Below, one piece after another: positions 61,151-64,000 of a DNA stretch of 64,000 bases. Under the pieces are notes generated by a model. It searched no databases. It was given only the letters and a program-made list of their open reading frames with translations, and was not told where the DNA came from. Both the position numbers and the translations under genes were made by a program. Source of the stretch: Eremomyces bilateralis CBS 781.70 (Eukaryota); NCBI GenBank assembly GCA_010015585.1, contig ML975158.1, one strand, 5' to 3'. Each line of letters opens with the position of its first letter. Position 1 is the stretch's first letter.

Positions 61151-63045
61151 ACCTTCTTCAAAGGGAGATATGAGCGGCCTTAGAAAATTACTCCCAGCAT
61201 CCACCCCCTGAAAGGCCACCATGCTGACCAGAATAGAAGCAAACTTGGTGACCCCGCCATATTACATACATGGTGGAACAAACACTTCCTAGGACATCCT
61301 TCCATCCGCTTAAACATATCCCTGTTTCACTGTAATGGATCGTCTGTCCAATTTGATGCTGTGAAGCCTCAGACGAGTCAGATAACCGTAGATACCATCA
61401 CTAGCGATGAGGGCAAGCTAGTGGCAAATCTCAACACAGCCATAGATCTATCTGATCGCGGACAATCCAGTTCGGATGACACGATGGTGTACCATCTAGA
61501 GGGAAGTTGACTTGAAGGGTCGTTGTGGATTTTAGCCCATCAGTAGCGCCGGCCGAGGTTGCAATGCACAACCTGGCGCGATATACTTCCCCTGATTATC
61601 CCGCACGGTTTTGAGTAGCCGTATAGCTGGAATGGAATTGAAATGATCTACAGGGAAAATGTCCTGTCGGATGGACAAGCTCAGCCAGGACAATCCAGTG
61701 GATAGCGGACAGGGGAGCAGATGGATCATTTCCAGAAGCTACGTTCGATGGCTAGAACTACTGGAGTTATAGGCGTTTATGAATGGCAAGGTTTCAGCTT
61801 CTTCGTTCGAAACAGGATGGCTCGTAACTTTAGTCTCTAATCCCTTCTGCTACCTCCAGAATTGTAGGGAGTACTGTTTACTCATTTTTCATAACTAACT
61901 AGTGATGTAGCATTCCAGATAGTTCATCAATCAGTCTTCTTCATACAATACATCAAGACCATGAAAGTCAAGTTCTTCTTCCAAATATGCTTCCTGAAAT
62001 TGATTGTGAATCAGATCATGAGTCAGACACACAGTGAGAGCAGGGCGGTGACAGAAAAATTCTTTCTATTATCGGTAATGATATTGGTATATGGATTTTT
62101 CGTCCTTCAACTGTTTCCTCTGATGTGTCTAGAGCTTCCACGGCGTGGCTAGTTATGATCTATTGTAAGAAGGCCAGCTCTCAGGAGAAGTAAGGCGGGT
62201 AGAGCGAAACCTGCCACCGCTTCCACAGCACGACCGCAGCGGTAGCAGGGCACGAAGTCTAGCACTGACAGGCGGCACGGGGTCAGAAGAGCCGCTTTCA
62301 AATCGGACGGCGACCACCTCCTAACTACCCCATTGCCGCCCCGCTGCTGGGCTCCATGTCCTCGGTACCTGGTCCCGGGAGGTCGATCCATTCAGTGTAG
62401 CCGTTTGTGAGGCGCCCTCTTGCGGAAGTCGATGAATGGGATCAGCTCACCGAGGAGAGGGAGCTAAGGGAGGAGGTAACAAAGAAGATGAGACGAAGAA
62501 GTGGGCGGCGACGATGAAGAAAGAAGAGGCGAAGAATTGGGGGGGAGAGGCGGGAGTAGAATCGGAGGTATAGAGAAAAGGAGAGATGGAGGAGCAGGAG
62601 AGGAAATGGGATCAGGATAGGTATAAGAGGAGACGGAAGCAACTCCGCGTAGAGCGGCAACCTCGGGCTCCATTGGAGCAGCTAATCTGGTTATAGCTGG
62701 CCAATCCTGGAATGGGTGTATAAACATATTCCAATCACTATATGCCTCTGGAAATGGCAATGAAAAGTGTACATAATCCGAGCATAGTCAATGGTTAGAT
62801 CAACGAGGCCGCGATGGATCAAAGACCACAGAAGCTCGGGCGCCATAGTCGTATTGGACACACCTAGCTAGTATATACCTCACCACCAAAACCATCTCCC
62901 GCTCCAACTCGGCTATCGATCGGTCCCCAGAAAGGTATCGAACTCCGAAACAATGCTGCCGTAAGTCGTGACCAACGCCAACCGGAAAACTCCACCGCAT
63001 GCAATGAAAACGCCGGTCAAATACCCGGCGTTACTCTACCCTCCG

Positions 63046-64000
63046 CTACTCTCCTCCCCTTGGCCCCTGCCGCAACGGCATCATCGTCCTTATCGCCCCC
63101 TTAAAATGCACATACCGATCCGTCCGCGGATCATAGAACGCCACCGTATCGATCGTCGACCGCCCGTTCGTCCCGATCGTCTCCACCAGCCCCGTCACCA
63201 CCACCGTCCCGCGCGGCGCTTCCATATTTGCCTTGTCCTGCATCGACGCGACCGTGAGCGCGCGCCGGAAGATGCGGGTGATGGATTGGTCGTCGGTGCC
63301 GGGCATCTGGAGAACGCCGGGAAGGCGGGGGAATTTGCTGTTGGTTTCGGGGGTTTGGCCTTGCGCGTTGTCATTCGCGTCGTCGGCGGTGAGGCCGCCT
63401 GTGCGTGGGGTGTTTGGTCGCGGCGGGCCGTCTACGACGCGCTCGAAATCGACGTTAGTGCGGCGCTTTTTCTGGGTGATGCTGGGGGAGTCGGCGTCGT
63501 CGGACGGGTCGCCGGGTGCGGACAACATGCCTCTGAATCGCTTGATCTGCTGTTGGTAGATGGCCTGGAAGCTGTCGTAGGACGCCTGCAGCATGCCGAC
63601 GGGCATGAAGATGCGCTGGCGTTTGCGGTATTCTTCTTGGGAGAGCGTGCGGGCGGCCCAGGCGATGTAGTTTGGAGCGAATACAAGTCTGTCCGCTGTT
63701 AGATGTAGAACTTTCGAGCATGTTAGGACGCGGCTTACCCCGTCTGCTCATACTCCGGAGCTGGGCCGTCGGGGAAGACGACGTCGAGCCAGAACTTCCC
63801 CTTCTTGACATCCACCTGCCCCACCATCTTAAACCGTGGATCGTTCATCATCTGCGTCCGGACGAAATATGCGAGTGCCCCTGGTGCGGTCAGTCTATGT
63901 CCCTTGAGCGGAGCGTCTTACTCACGTCGAATATCCACCAACTTCTGCCGATCCGCGGCCAATTTTTTGAAATCCTGCCATTCCGGGTCCGATCCCTTGT
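63046..64000 (-). CDS. Conserved fungal hypothetical protein (5' end outside window; introns 63881-63925, 63689-63738)
   Basis: Spliced frame: ...KGSDPEWQDFKKLAAD...FWLDVVFPDGPAPEYEQTGLVFA...PRGTVVVTGLVETIG...AFYDPRTDRY...QGPRGGE-stop. Canonical in-phase introns. Confidence 0.8.

Noticed and set aside
61900..62700. Protein-like fragments (IITDNRKNF resembling an integrase motif; Glu/Arg-rich stretch near 62430-62620)
   Set aside because: Too short and stop-ridden to assign. Probably decayed DNA, but there is no supportable identity.

Overview
Gene-dense stretch of a filamentous ascomycete (Pezizomycotina) nuclear genome. It has short (mostly 45-95 nt) GT-AG introns with CTRAY-type branch sites, so most ORF-track entries are exon fragments or antisense shadows. 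I reconstructed about 26 protein-coding genes by hand-splicing. Recognisable ones include a cytosine-deaminase-like hydrolase, RRP4, a Gal80-like oxidoreductase, mitochondrial SerRS, a secreted aldose 1-epimerase, PDK1/Ksg1 kinase, SWI/SNF-RSC Ssr3/Snf12, a CorA-like protein, a CCCH protein, DUG1, Spo73/Mug65, a mitochondrial thiolase, a formin-GBD protein, a carbonyl reductase, CDC26, fumarate reductase-cytochrome b5 and a TLP1-type thiolase-like protein. Decayed accessory DNA lies between them: a 1.2-kb non-autonomous TIR element, a Ulp1-type protease pseudogene with RIP-like stops, a Helitron-type PIF1 helicase relic and a pseudogenised paralog of a secreted gene. The two most interesting candidates are (1) a secreted protein with PHM/dopamine-beta-monooxygenase-like copper ligand motifs and His/Met-rich inserts, with a dead paralog about 8 kb away, and (2) a 586-aa disordered protein that starts with a Cdc26-like APC/C-binding peptide, in the same window as the true CDC26. 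All identifications come from motif recognition by eye; no searches were run.
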